Part shown: piece by piece, positions 22,938 through 35,935 of the stretch
Layout of the letters: every line of letters starts with the position of its first letter
Numbering within the stretch: position 1 is the stretch's first letter
NCBI GenBank assembly: GCA_029953675.1
Contig: JAMWBK010000005.1
Span: 1,302,001 to 1,366,000, forward strand
Origin: Rhodosorus marinus CCMP1338
Lineage: Eukaryota > Plantae > Rhodophyta
Reading direction: 5' to 3'
Length of the DNA: 64,000 nt
Position numbers and translations under genes: made by a program
Notes under the pieces: generated by a model
Told to the model about the DNA's origin: nothing
Database searches by the model: none
Seen by the model: only the letters and a program-made list of their open reading frames with translations

Positions 22938-24782
22938 ACTACTGCTGCTCCTCGTTTAACTCCTGTAGTTTAGGGGGTGAAGACTTTGACACTGTCGGGT
23001 CTCTGTCAGGGTTGTTCCAACAAATCCGTTGGGTATGCCCCTTTCTTCCGCAATAATTGCAAACAACATTGGCGTAGTTACGCTTCTGCCACGCTTGCGT
23101 TCCGGGTTGGTAACTGCGTTCAGACCTGGTTCCCCTGCTTACAGTGGTCTGGGGCGTTGCCGTTTTTTTGGGGAAATTTCTCTTCCCTGCTGGAGGGTTG
23201 ACTGGCTGCCTCAGCTCCTCAATTTTCAGGGCTAGTGCCTGCGCCGCTTCGAAAGTCTGCACGTCTTGGATACATATATTTTTTTTGATGTCCGGTTTGA
23301 GGCCTTCGACGAATCTATCAAATTTCTCCTAGTCCGAGATTGCTCCAACCTGGATCAGGCATTTATTGAAGTATGCCGAATATGCTGCAACAGTCGTTTT
23401 TTGCTGCGCCTGTGCGAGTTGCTGTTTCGCGCGGATCTTAGCGTCCGCTGGGTAGAACTGGGCTTTAAGCGTATGCTCGAATCCTTCATATGTCAACGGT
23501 TTCTGGTTGTTGGGAATTAGCGACCACCAATAGGAGGCGTCACCAGCCAAATATCCTTCTGCTAAGGTGATTTTGTATTCGTCATCGTCGTCGGGCAGTG
23601 GCGCCAGTTTGAAGCAGGTTCTTAAGTGATTCAAGAACGTACTTATGATTAAGGTGTCACGTCGCCTCGTAGGCTTTCGGCTGCGGAGCCTGAATCTTGA
23701 TTAGTGATGCCATTTTCTGGTTGTCAGGTTTTGGGCTCATTCATGTTCCTCAATCGCAACTAATGCGATGAGACCAATTGCCGCGTTCTCCGTTAACGCG
23801 TATCGGGTGATCCAAAAAAATTTTAAATTCCCTTTTTGTTTTTATCTTTTATCTATCTTGGATACCCTCCTCTACTCTAATCCTAAAACGGAAGGTCGTA
23901 ACTTCCGTATTTATAGGCTTCCAGTTCATGTCCTGGGTTTGCTAGAGTACTAGTATTAGATCTAGACTTATCTATTATTAGCCTTGTTTTGGGCTAAACT
24001 CCTGACGGCTGGCTTGTTCGGTATGGACGGTAACAGTTCTGTTAGAACTCTTTGGGAGGTTTTGACATGTTCATAATTAAATTTCTAGACTGGAGAGGAT
24101 CCAATGACCACGTTGATTGAAAACCGGACGTTTTTTGACAACTGTGACTAACTGCTCTTGTTTTTTCATCGGCCTTTTTAGGCTCAGTTGCGCGGCAGAC
24201 CGAATAATTAAGGAAAAGGGTTCGGTAACTAAATTTTGCATGCCACAACTTGATTTTGGGCATATGTTTCCTGACGAATATATATATAAAATGGATTTTC
24301 TGAGATTAGGAAAGAATAGTTCTAGATTTTGTTAGTATTGTCGTTATTCATCGAACCGACCGGCATAAAAACCTTCGGAATTGTCGGTGGGGACTTTTGG
24401 TGCTGGTTGGGACAGCTGAGGTTGACCACCTGGACCAGAAACTCCAACAATGTTAGCTTCATGGCTCTTAACTATGCAATATGGTCGTCTTAATGCTATC
24501 AGAATTTTCCAAACTCTTCGGAAACTAGTTAAGTTGCGACGGTTATGCCACTCGTTTTAACCACTCAGGCGCGGAAAGTCAGCGGAGGGAGTGGCCCACT
24601 CGATTTTCGCAAGGAGCACAACAGTTTGGGCGATTCCGACGCCTCTGACTGTGTTTTAATAGGCGGTTCTTCCTCTATGTCGTCTCAATCTTGAACGTGC
24701 TACTGTTGTGTGACTAGTAGGAGCTGAATGGTTCCTTTTTGCCTCACTCATCAGAGACGAAGATAAGGAGAACATAAGGATT

Positions 24783-25819
24783 ATGCTGTACTTCATAGGC
24801 TTAGGTCTGGGCGATGAGAGAGACATTTCTCTCAAAGGACTGGATGCAGTTCGAAGCTGCAGTAGAGTCTATCTGGAGTCTTACACATCCGTTCTGCCTG
24901 GTGTAGACAAGAAGGCTCTGGTGCGCAAGTGCGCTGGCAGCGCTTTCGAAGTATGGGAGAGATGACCGAGCTGACGCATTCTCTTGAAACGCGTAGGAAA
25001 AGCTCTATGGCAAGGAGATTACGATAGCCGACCGTGAATTCGTCGAAGAGAAAGCGGAAGAAATTATTGACGGATCAGATACGGACAATGTTGCGTTTCT
25101 CGTAGTCGGTGATCCATTTGGGTAAGTCCAGCGCGGTTAAATCCAGTACTCAATTTATGATCAAGCTAGCTAAGACCGTGTTTTCGCGAACGTGTCAGGG
25201 CGACAACGCACACTGACCTCTGGATGAGGGCGCGAGAAAGGCACATCCCAACCGAGACGATCCACAACGCTTCAATTATGAACGCTATCGGCGTATGTGG
25301 CCTTCAGCTCTACCGCTACGGAGAAGCTGTTTCCATTGCGCTCTTCACCGAAAACTGGCGTCCAGATTCATGGTACGACAAGATCAAGGCAAACATGAAA
25401 CTTGGCCTCCACACGTTATGCCTGCTGGATATTAAGGTCAAGGAACCATCCCTGGAGGCTCTGGCAAGGGGCAAAAAGGTACGATAGAGCCACAACGCCG
25501 AGTTTTTTGTTCTCGACCCGTACTGATCTGGGAAGCGCTTCTATGAAAGGTGTACGAGAAGCCGAGATTCATGACCATCCCCGAGGCAATTGAACAGCTG
25601 TTGGAGGTCGAGTCGAAACGTACTGAGAAGGTCTATGGAGAGGACACCTTTTGCGTTGGTCTTGCTAGAGTAGGCGGTTCTGATCAGCTCGTCGCATCTG
25701 GCACCATGAGAAGCCTGAGGGAGTACGAATTCGGTGGACCTCTGCACTCTCTGGTAATACCTGGCGAAATGCACTTCCTGGAGGAGCAGTTCGTTAGATC
25801 GTTCTCTGTTGAAGACTAA
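24783..25819 (+). CDS. DPH5: Diphthine methyl ester synthase (4 exons)
   Basis: [67 protein letters not shown] and [11 protein letters not shown]; exons 24783-24920, 24997-25121, 25199-25479, 25550-25819. Confidence 0.97.
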
Positions 25820-25854
25820 GCGAGGAAGTCGGACTCTGCCAATTGTGTAGCAGA

Positions 25855-26314
25855 TCATATGCATAGAAAGCTTCTAGACTGAGACGTTTTCGTAGTCATC
25901 AAACTGCGGCGAAGCCGTATTGTGTAGCTCTGGTTTGGCTCTTCGTAAATAGTTTTATTGTTGTTCACATGCCCATCTCCTCCGTTTCCAAGGGAATACC
26001 CTGCTGAGGTCCTCAAAATCACTGTGCTGAACGTGATTGTGCACTTATCGGCAATAGGACTTGATCCCAGACGTAGCACTACAGACCTCCTCTTCGGACT
26101 CCTGGTAGAACGGTTTATCGCTGATCGCCAACATATCGTTTGGTAGACACAGCTGCAACATTCCGTTCCTCCCAACCAGAAGAGTCTGAGCCATTCGGAG
26201 GCCCTGCGAAGCTCTAGAACTTTGTCCACCGCCGACGTGGAAGTACCCGCTGTACTTCGTATTCTTACTTTCAGAGTCTCTGCTGAACTCCATCAATTCT
26301 CTGCTACGTTTCAT
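25855..26314 (-). CDS. Possible small hypothetical spliced gene
   Basis: Overlapping minus-strand ORFs 26045-26314 and 25855-26229 convergent on DPH5; no motif recognised. Confidence 0.2.
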
Positions 26315-28097
26315 GATTGGAAAGCCTTCACAGCTTTAAATTCTTCAGTCTTGACCTATTCCGACTTCTAGAGCTGCCTGTTGAAGCTTTACCCCATCCC
26401 AACGACGTCCATATCTACCACCTAAGCCAATCGTGACCTTCCCCAACAAGAGAAAAACTTAGATCCATTGGGGTTTTGATGCTAAATTGATTTTTGATGT
26501 TTTGAGGCGTGTTTCGTTTTTACCGCGAATATAAACCAATGAAGATCTATGTTCATGCAGAGCTTCTAAATAAGTTTTGTTATTAAATATATTTTAGCCA
26601 ATGAGTTCCGATCTGTTTCGAAGTGTTTTTGAGGCCTAAGATATGGCGCGACTGCGGGAAACCATCCGAGTGAAGATGTTTATTCGAAAACGCTCTGGGG
26701 AAGGCCAACTTTTAGCAAGCAAGCCATGGAACATGGTTGGAATGCCTTCGTCTGTGCAACTGCTAAGTGGGAGATTTGGTTTTTGAATCGTTTCGGAGGG
26801 TTTGGTGCGAGTGGAAGGGGTCTATTTTCGATACGATGGTTGAAATGCTTTCGTTGAATTGAAACCGGCGGAACATGAACGTAAAGATGGTCCCCATATC
26901 GTCCGGGTGAAATTTACTCAGAAGGTTTCTTGGCTGCCTCTCTTATCACCTCCAGAACACTACCAACCTGAGCCCTGCAAGATCCACACGACATACGCTT
27001 ATTCACCAACTATTGCGGAAAACGGCTACAGAGATATCTACTTACAGTAATTTTATGTGCTCGCATTGCCGGAAACTCGAGATGTAGCCCCACCGCCTTG
27101 CCAAGTCAAATACCAGAACCAAAACAATCGAACAACGGACGCACAAAATATTCCTCATCAGCTGCCCGGAGCATAATTCGACATCAGCAGAGAAGAATGT
27201 CACATCCCTTGCGAGAGCACTTTCCCCACGCTCTTATTTCCCAACGGTCTAGTGGATAGCACTCGACCAAAAGCAAAACCTCGGAGACTACATCGCAACC
27301 GCAAACTTAATTGAATGGTAAAGTTACCATTCAGTTCAATCATTTACGAACAGATATTGAATGTATTAGGAAGAAACAATATAGTCAATCAATAAACGTT
27401 CGGAAATAGTGGCAAGCTCATGATGCTGCTGTATAAATTTACGAAGAAAAAAGGCCGATAAAGGATGTAGAAATTCAGTTGGAAAGCCGTCGAAAAACTC
27501 CTTCGGAAGACTTCCATCCATGGGCTCCTGGTAAGTTGGTGAACGCTACTGGTTATGAAAGGATCCCGTTTTTGTCTTCCTAGTCCGTTTATATTATGAA
27601 TTGTCATCTGACGAGAGGAACTGGAAGGTTTCTTCATTGTTTCCGTCCAAGCTCTAATCCCTTATGGCATTTGCGACCGTCTTTGGAGTAGTTTTCGGCG
27701 AGATAGCCAATCATACCACACGAGTGCCTCGTTCTGAATTTGAATCTGGCACAGGAGGAGCGCTCGAGTTCTTGTTCAGCGTTTTGCTGTTTAAATATCT
27801 TTTCGACACTGTGCACGTGTCCTCTTTGCGACGTGAGCTTGAACGCACAAACTGAACATTTCAACGCAAAGCAACTTTCTATGTGCGCGATTGTGGGTAC
27901 GACCGGTTGGTTCTTGAATGCTGAACCGCATCCCGGTGCACAACCATAGAAAGGTATAAATGCTAAAGCTCTGCGCGTCGGAATAGTTTGAGCCACGACG
28001 AACAAGACCATCCGAGAACTTGGAAGACATAGAAAAGAACCATATCAATCAGTTTTTTCAAAGAGTGCTTGCTGCAGAATTAACGCGAACAAACGGA

Positions 28098-28595
28098 ATG
28101 CATTTTAAGGTTTGTAACGAGGTTGAAATTGCGCCGGAGAAGGCATGGGACCTGATAGCTGACTTCTCTCATGTTCAGCACATACATCCACTGGTGGAAA
28201 AGGTGGACCAGCTGAGTGAGAACGAAACTGGACTCAATGCAGTCAGAAGGTGCCACTTTTACAACGGAATCAAGGTTGAGGAGCAGATCGTCGAATGGAA
28301 CGAAAAAGACATGAGGTACAAGATACAAGTGGTCAAGGGCAAGATTCCAGTGAAAGACATGGTTGCAGAGCTCATCGTTGAAGAAATCTCTCCAACGAGG
28401 TCCAGAATTATTGGTAACATTCACGTCGATCCAAAATATGGAATCTTGGGACAGCTTATGGCCCGATTTGCTATGAAACCAAAATTCGGTACAGCTTTAG
28501 GGGACCTATTCTCTGGTACAGAGTATTATATGCGGACTGGTCGGGACGTGCCAGAAAACTGGCATGGACCTAAGCCAGTGATTACTGCTTCCTAA
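28098..28595 (+). CDS. SRPBCC/START-fold protein (polyketide cyclase/dehydrase-like, bacterial type), paralog 1
   Basis: 165 aa, no CDS introns; EKAWDLIADFSHVQHIHP, GLNAVRRCHFY, EWNE, DPKYG; TATAAA at 27955. Confidence 0.9.
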   Translation: MHFKVCNEVEIAPEKAWDLIADFSHVQHIHPLVEKVDQLSENETGLNAVRRCHFYNGIKVEEQIVEWNEKDMRYKIQVVKGKIPVKDMVAELIVEEISPTRSRIIGNIHVDPKYGILGQLMARFAMKPKFGTALGDLFSGTEYYMRTGRDVPENWHGPKPVITAS

Positions 28596-30533
28596 TTCGA
28601 TGTGTCAAACTTAGTGAATGAACTACAATTGACAAGCCAATTTATCTGTACTAATGATTACTGGGCATTTAGTTCGGGGTTAACCTAGTTGTTGAAAGGT
28701 AGTAGCACAGTATCAACGTAAAGAAGGTATGAACTACAAAAGAACTGTGGGCTAAGGCACGGAAAGCTTCGAGTGGCAGGTGTATTCCGAAAGAACAGGG
28801 ACCCTCAACCCCCGTGCCTAAAATCCCAGCAAACGGCGGTGCTCTTGAATTCGGAACAGTGATAAACTGATCGCATGTGATGACCCAACAAGCTTCATGC
28901 TGAAGGGATCACGGTCTATCCAGTAGAACGATGAGAAGAATTGTTTGCACCCGAAGGGAAACTGGGCATCAGTTTGGAGCTGCCCCGATCAACACGCCAA
29001 GCGTCGGGCATGACCGTTGGACGACGCGCTTCTGCGGAGTTTCTTAATGATCGCTCAGCTATTTGCGGAAACTTTCAACTGATAGCAATGAAATATGGTC
29101 AACCTGAATCCCTGCAAACGATCTGTGCAGCAGGATTGCAACGAACGGCCTAAACCGCTGCACGACCGCGGAACGAGACTGTCGCGGGGCGGGCCAGATG
29201 ATCTTTGGATCTGGAAGAAGAAAAGCCCAAATTTTTGGTATGCAACTAGGAGCGTTCAGCCACGTTCTTGCTGCTTCCCCCTTCCTCTAACCGAGCTGGC
29301 CAGGATGAGTTTCTACCATAGCCACCTCTAGACAAAGGTGTCCATGAGCTACGCTAGTGATAAGATTCTTTGTGAAGAGCCGTTAGATCCGAAGGAGCGA
29401 TATTCCCGACGAGTCCACGAACTGTAACACTGTCACGTCCTGACGAGACAGTAAAAGCACGGCCCGAGGGCTAAAGTGGAGAATCGTGACGAGATTTGGC
29501 ACGCTATCCTTAGCCTATACTACAGTAACTATGACATATCTTCAGGGGTTAGCTCGAAGGGAAGGAAAACGAAAAAACCAGAGGTAGAACTAAGAAGTCG
29601 AATCTAAGACACAAGCAAGAAGCTGGTTTACGAAGAAATTGAGCAACAGGACAAACTTCACCTAAGAACGTTTCAAGCCACCAAAATCAAAGCCACACCT
29701 GTCCGATCTCAATTCCCCAATTTCCGAATCCAGAATTAGAAATCATATAAAAACAAGTAATTTCGCTGTCCGTCAACCATATCTAATATCTTCAAAACAA
29801 CACAATATGGTAAAACAATTGTATAAACGAATAAATTATGTAGTGAAGAAATGTCGAAATGAGTTCCTCTTTAAAATATTACGATTCACATATTTCGTTA
29901 AACCTTTTTTCGAAATAAGTGAAAATACTGAATATCAAATATAATATAAATACAAAAAGTAATGTTTAGTGAATATGTTTGGGTCCTTTTTCGCATTGTC
30001 CGACAGACACCAAGTTTCGAAATGTCCGCATGAGTGTGAGGGGTAATATTTTGTGCTTAGAACTAGAGTAAAATTGTTTTCTATTTAAATTATATCACCT
30101 TGTGTATCGGCAGGCTCTTTTCTAGAGGGTTGTATCATTTTTAACACCTCCAGCAGACTTGAATCTCTGCGTACGGATATTCTCGGCTCGAACATGGGCA
30201 TTGAAGGATGAACTGGAGATCGACTAGGAAGCTGGGATGAGGAAAACCCTCCTGCGTGAAGGGCCTTATAAAGACGTTCATATCATTGCACCTTGAAGAA
30301 CTGCTATCCTCGATTTGAGGTAGATTTTCCTGCGGAGTAGAAAAGAAATCGGGCCTTGTTCCCTTGGTCGGAACCGAGTTAAGCTTTTCAGCTCTTGCGT
30401 CTCAGAGCCGAGTAGAATAAATAGATAGTGTGCACAAGAAAATTTCCAGCGGTTTCAGAGGATCAAGAGCATCAAGAGAAAACGGAGCAAGAAAAGAGAA
30501 GTAAGGCTGCGGTTGAACCCCAGGAAACGCAAG

Positions 30534-31031
30534 ATGCATATGAAAATTACGCGCGAGGTGCAGGTTTCAGCTGAGAAATGCTGGGAATTGTTGGGTGACT
30601 TCTCCAACATATACCACATCCATCCTATGGTGAAGACCTCCACTCCATTATCTGAGAACGATCGGGGTTTAGGAGCAATTAGGCAATGCGACATGTACGA
30701 CGGTAACTCGATTCAAGAGAAGGTGATAGAATGGGATGAAGAGAATATGTCTTACACCATTACTCTTATAAAGGGGAGCCTTCCCATAAATCAGATGAAT
30801 GCTAAGGTGAGCGTTGAAGCTAATGGCGGGACTCAATCGGCACTCGTTTGCGATGTGGAGTTTGATCCAAAACATGGATTTATCGGAAAGCTAATGGGAC
30901 AACTCATAATGAAGCCGAAGTTCGGTGGAGCACTCGGAGACATGCTTGGAGGAGTCAAATACTACTTGGACGAAGGAGACGACGTCCCTGAAAACTGGAA
31001 GGCCCCAGGAAAAGCAGTCATTGTTTCTTAG
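30534..31031 (+). CDS. SRPBCC/START-fold protein, paralog 2
   Basis: 165 aa; EKCWELLGDFSNIYHIHP, GLGAIRQCDMY, EWDE, GSLP, DPKHG; TATAAA at 30267. Confidence 0.9.
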   Translation: MHMKITREVQVSAEKCWELLGDFSNIYHIHPMVKTSTPLSENDRGLGAIRQCDMYDGNSIQEKVIEWDEENMSYTITLIKGSLPINQMNAKVSVEANGGTQSALVCDVEFDPKHGFIGKLMGQLIMKPKFGGALGDMLGGVKYYLDEGDDVPENWKAPGKAVIVS

Positions 31032-32848
31032 AGCACACAAGTCTACGTGGTTATAGCCGATTGTAGTGGAAGCCAAAATTTTGTATTACAGTATGCCTTA
31101 CACACGTGGGAAACATTAAAAACGCAACCAAGAAGAATTCATGCTTTGAAGACAGTCCCTCGCTCGTCTTTAAGTCTTCCCGGAAACCGTTTAATGTGCT
31201 CAGAATTGGATTCTGGCTGCTTCCGGATGGGGGGCCTTCCGCCCAAGATTCTCCCTGTTGGCAGCCTAACGAAATTTATCGTGTCTCTACCCGGAGCCTA
31301 TTTTGGTCTCCATGTCAACGCCTGGAGTTGGGTAGTGGTTCCTCGTCTGCCATCGTCACGTTCAAACTATGAATGAATGAACGCCCGAAGCCACTTTCGA
31401 GTATGTCTTTCGAGATTTCAAATAAAAAATTAAAAGCAAACAACTAGTTGCTAATAATAGATAGTCCAATATTATTTTCCATTATTCTATCATACTGATA
31501 CGTTCCGCATTAAAAAAACACCTGGTTTGGCACGCTGTAAATTTAGATAAGAACCCGACCAGACAGATATAATGCGAATAAAATTCGTAGATATATAGAA
31601 CTAAAACAAAAATCAAATGTATGGCTTATCGTTTCACGATAGTTTTAGATGTACTCGAGGGTATTTAACTTTTGCATTTGTATTTTATTATGACGAGTGA
31701 GAAGTAACTGATTTATGATGAACTCTATGGCCGATGTGAGGAGGATTTATCCTCCTGAGGTCTCCGTGCGGATCCGCTGGTCGGTTTGCGGGGAGTCCGT
31801 GGGATATAGAATTGGGAGATAGTTCGGAAAGAATTCGGATCCTTTTCGTATTGGTGTGTAACATGATGGGAAGATCGGTTCGGTTCCATGAATTTACATC
31901 ACTCAGCAACTCCAGCGCATTGGTTTTAGCAGGGTTGATGGGCTTCGCATTTCAGAGAACGGGGTTATACTCTCAATTTAGCCCAAGTTGGAGTATCAGG
32001 GGTCATATGTAGAGTTCAATCCTGGAAAACCCGAGGGGAGGGGCGGGAGAAAAGGAGGGGGTGCTGCTTAGGCAAGGCCCTTTGGTATGTATGCCCAGGA
32101 AGCGAAGGGTGGTTCCGAGAACATTAATGAACTCCCTCAACACCAGAGTGAAGAAAATTCAGTCCCTTCCTTTCTACGCCAAGCTAGAATCATACACAAA
32201 CAACATGGAGTCTAAACCCCACAATCCCGAAATGTTTTCAACCCTTTCTTACATTCAGTCAAATACAAACCAAAAATCTCTTGAAATTAGTTTTTCTTTT
32301 CATTTCAGCACGGCCATCCTGCTTGAACTTGACTGAGTTCTTGATTGAACTTGTTATTACCCTGCGTGTGGGTAGAGTTTTAAAAATTACCTGTGAGAAT
32401 AGGAAGGACGTTGGGAATAGGAGTGCGCAGAAATTGTTACCATATTACTACAGGGTTGGAGCACATCGGTAGCGTCTTCATGCCGCACAACCATCCATCC
32501 CCTGCGTGCGATGACTGATTGAGCCTTGGCCATTGAGGTACGCGTTGAGAATTCGTTGCCGCTTTGGGAGTGCTCAGACACGCAAGCCCAACTGATGCCT
32601 CTCGATGTTCAGCACCACGGTCGTATGAGCATTGTTATTCCTGGAACCCTTCAAATACGGTGAATTTAATGGGGGGCTGCACCGCAATCGTTCGGAGGTG
32701 CTCATCAACCAACGTGAATCTTGGACTTGTGTGTGCCGTGATCCGATGCGCCCGCGCTCATACTTTCAGAACCGCACAGCCTTTGCGGGTGGATGTGCGC
32801 ACCGCCTTCAGACAAGTCGCCCAGTCCGCATTTGCTTTTCACTTCGAC

Positions 32849-32855
32849 TATATAA
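32849..32855 (+). promoter_or_regulatory. TATA box of MBL copy 1 (mirrored at about 38120 for copy 2)
   Basis: TATATAA about 100 bp upstream of the ATG, conserved in both arms. Confidence 0.6.
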
Positions 32856-32952
32856 GGAAGGGAACTTGACCATAACCCATACAACATCGATAAGCCACAG
32901 ATAAGAACATAGACCAAAGACAACCAGGCGGATAAGAGGAGGAATTCAAGAG

Positions 32953-34086
32953 ATGAAGATTGCTTTTGTGGTAGTCATACTAGCGAGCACTGCCGTGGCG
33001 TTTGCAGGGAAGTGCGAGGACGCCGTTCCGGAGTGTGTGCGGAAGCTTGAGAATGGTGAGCGCTGCGACCCTCTACCTGTTCCCGACCGACTGCTGGAAA
33101 CCATTCCACAGATCCCCGACGTCGGATACAAGATCCAAAAACTTCGCAACATGGTCTACATGGTGACCGACGGCTTCTTCATTGCGATGGTGATAAAGAC
33201 CCCCAGGCAGCTCGTTGTGATCGACGCGCCGGAGAACTTCTTCGTTGTGCGAGATCCAAACACCGGAGCTGTTATCGGAAACCTCATGACAAATGCAATT
33301 GAAGACATCGCCGGAGATCTCAATCCAAAGATTGTGCGGTTCATCTATACCCATCAGCACTTTGATCATATCGGCGGCGCAAGGATCGTCTACGATTACC
33401 TCAAGAAAACCTACCCGAAGGCCGACCTGAAGGCAATGGCCCATGAGAGTATTCTCAAGCGGCTGGCCAGCGCACAGTCTAAGAGGGCACCCCTTCCAGA
33501 AGTTGTGATCATCCGGTCAAGAAGTTTGAGACTCACCAAGAATCTGAAGGTCAATCTCATCCCAACCGACGGTGGACACTCCGACTCGGACCTGCTCGTT
33601 CACATCCCACCCAAGGCTGGCATGCCGGGCATTGCGATGCTCGTGGACATTGCATTCCCCGGCTGGATCACACCGTTCGGCATTGGCTTGGTCAACGACA
33701 TCAACGAGTACATTGACCAACACGAGCGGCTGCTGGCACTGGACTGGGAAATATACATTGGAGGCCACCTGGGACAGCCTGGAAATCGGGCGGACATTGA
33801 AATATCGGAGGAGTACATCAGGGACATGGTTGACATCGCGGCGCAGTCGCTCGCGCTAGGACTGGGTCAGCCAATCCCGGAGCTTCAGGAAGCGTTTGAC
33901 CCGACAAGCCCCAACTTTGGGAACCAAATGCGAGCGATCCAGGGTGTATTCGGGATGGAAGGAATTTTCGTTGGAATTTGCGAAGCTCTTCTGGTAGAGA
34001 AATGGGGGTGCCGACTCGGTGGGGTGGACATCTTCTCTCGTGAGCACTGCTTCGCTGCTGTGACGTTCCAGAGGCTGGACAACTAG
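32953..34086 (+). CDS. Secreted metallo-beta-lactamase-fold hydrolase, copy 1
   Basis: Signal peptide MKIAFVVVILASTAVAFA; metal motifs THQHFDHIGG, GGHS, VDI and GGH; intronless, 377 aa. Confidence 0.93.
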   Translation: MKIAFVVVILASTAVAFAGKCEDAVPECVRKLENGERCDPLPVPDRLLETIPQIPDVGYKIQKLRNMVYMVTDGFFIAMVIKTPRQLVVIDAPENFFVVRDPNTGAVIGNLMTNAIEDIAGDLNPKIVRFIYTHQHFDHIGGARIVYDYLKKTYPKADLKAMAHESILKRLASAQSKRAPLPEVVIIRSRSLRLTKNLKVNLIPTDGGHSDSDLLVHIPPKAGMPGIAMLVDIAFPGWITPFGIGLVNDINEYIDQHERLLALDWEIYIGGHLGQPGNRADIEISEEYIRDMVDIAAQSLALGLGQPIPELQEAFDPTSPNFGNQMRAIQGVFGMEGIFVGICEALLVEKWGCRLGGVDIFSREHCFAAVTFQRLDN

Positions 34087-34624
34087 TCGTTTTGGTAGTT
34101 GTAGGAAGTTGTGCGCTGGCTGTCACGACTGGTACATGATCCGGAGGCTCTGAGTGCTGTTTGAACGTAGAATCCGTTTCTGGTTGTGACTCAAGAAAAG
34201 CATGAAATTAAAGTCCGTCTGATTCCTTTCAATACTCCATAGGGCCTACTGCTCTGACTTGTGAATCCGTAATAGACCGTCACCTGAGCACCGGCCACGG
34301 TTCGAGGCCAACCCTTGCTCGAGAAAGGAAAAACCCAGCTTTCATGTCGTTCCTGCTTTCAAGCATGCCAGATGATTTCCAAGATTTTGCACATCCAGCA
34401 ATGGATTAGGTGCTCGAAAAACTAGGCTCTGCTCCGTTGCTTTCTGAGAAACAGAGCAGCAGTGGGGGAGCGTTGATGATCTGTGCTCGTCGGTATTTCT
34501 TCTTTTTGTGAAACTTCCCAAGTCAAAACTAGCTGAGAACTAAATCTTCAACATGAATTTTGGGTGGTTTTCGGTAGTGGAGGAGTGTTGACGATAAGCC
34601 AGGAGCTTAAAATTCATCAAGCTT

Positions 34625-34674
34625 CTAGTTATCCAGCCTCTGGAATTTAACAGCAGTGAAGCAGTGCTCACGAG
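34625..34674 (-). pseudogene. 3'-terminal stump of a third, diverged MBL paralog
   Basis: Encodes REHCFTAVKFQRLDN* versus REHCFAAVTFQRLDN* in the intact copies; about 6 mismatches in 50 bp; ends about 25 bp before the copia edge. Confidence 0.85.
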
Positions 34675-34697
34675 CGACCGTCAGTGGTCAATGTTCT

Positions 34698-35935
34698 TGT
34701 TAGCAAACATGCACAATCGACACATCTTTTCGGTGGGTGAGTGATTGCTAAACAGCCGAAGCAACCAAAAAAGCGGCTGGGAAATTCTCACCGGCAAGCA
34801 AGAAGACTTCGAAAATATGTATCTGTTCGGCTGTCTAGCAATCGCTCACCCACCGAAAAGATGTGTCGAGCATTCAAGAAGCTAGGGATCACCCTAGACA
34901 CGACGCCCCCATACAATGATAAGAAGTCAAAGAAGTTACAAACTTACCACGGCAGGTAAGGTCAGGCGCGATAGAGAAACCCAAGTTGAACAGCTTAACG
35001 ATAATCAAGGAACCTGGTCGCTGGTGGACAGACCAAAGGATGAGCAAGTGCTAGGCAACAAATTTGTTTTCAAGCTGAAGAAGAACGACGGCGGGGAGCT
35101 GCTGAAATTCAACGGCTGGTCGCAAGAGGTTTCCAGCTCGAGAAAATACACGAAGCGTTCAGAATGAGCCAGAGAAAGCCAGTGCCAACGCCGATGACAA
35201 AGGACTATATACCAACAGATAAGTCCGGAGGCAACAAGAGTTCCCTTACCTTGAACTCGTCGGGGCTCTACTGTACATTCCTACAAGAACCAGACCCCGA
35301 TATCACTACGCCGTTAGGCCACCAGCCAGAAAGGCGCAATGCTTCAACAACGACGAGTGGTCAGCTGGAAAGCGAATATTAAGGTACTGACGAAGCACAA
35401 TCAAAACGCGTCACTAGTCTTCTCTCCAAAACAAGAACATGAGGAGATCACACTTTACATAGACGCGTTATGGGCATCACCAAAGGACCGAAAATATGTA
35501 CCGGCGCTTTTGCATACCTGACGGAAACCCGAACGTGTACATAAGCAAGGAGCAGACAATGATCGCGACTTTATCGAGCGAGGCAGAGTACATCGCGCTG
35601 ACGTACGGACTTCAGAAAGTGCAGTGGGTGAAGAACCTACTGGCAGAGTTTAACCGGTATTACCTACCAAGGCCTTCTCGGATAACACTGCCAGTCTCAC
35701 TTGGAGTATAGACCCTGAAAAACCACTACCAAAACATATCGATCTGCAAAATCAATACGCGCGACAATAACACGACCTGGGAGGCTACGAGTTCCTATTC
35801 ATCCCGACCCAGGAGCAAGCCACGGATATGCTCACGAAGGCGCTAGAGGCGACTAAGTTTAACAGCACAGAGCCAAGCAGAGAATCCTAACGGGCGTCAC
35901 TTCCGGGAGGAGTGTTAGCAAACGTGCACAATCGA
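34698..35935 (+). mobile_element. Internally deleted Ty1/copia LTR retrotransposon
   Basis: Integrase-like GITLDTTPPY, RT-like TWSLVDRPKDEQVLGNKFVFKLK, RNase H SSEAEYIAL, KHID and DMLTKAL. PPT GGGAGGAG at 35905-35912 is followed by TGTTAGCAAACGTGCACAATCGA; the same start occurs at 34698. The 3' LTR end is not resolved. Confidence 0.88.

Larger units (their letters stand above)
20374..24035 (-). mobile_element. Decayed, rearranged Ty3/gypsy LTR retrotransposon (gag, protease, RT, RNase H; no integrase seen)
   Basis: gag with a CNYCGRKGHTQRIC zinc knuckle (22939-23700, frameshifted), protease [49 protein letters not shown], and RNase H CTDASN, YEQELYA, TDHNPL, NIADALSR. Possible 5' LTR at about 23780-24035 (TGTTAC start, TATAAATA). 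Confidence 0.93.

Noticed and set aside
23760-23785. TGGTCTCATCGC (minus strand) as the gypsy primer-binding site
   Set aside because: Only about 7 nt fit a tRNA 3' end, no canonical LTR CA end is adjacent, and no second LTR is available for confirmation.
29225-29245. AATTTTTGG Sm-site-like motif suggesting an snRNA
   Set aside because: No U1, U2, U4, U5 or U6 signature nearby. No tRNA or rRNA genes were recognised anywhere in the window.
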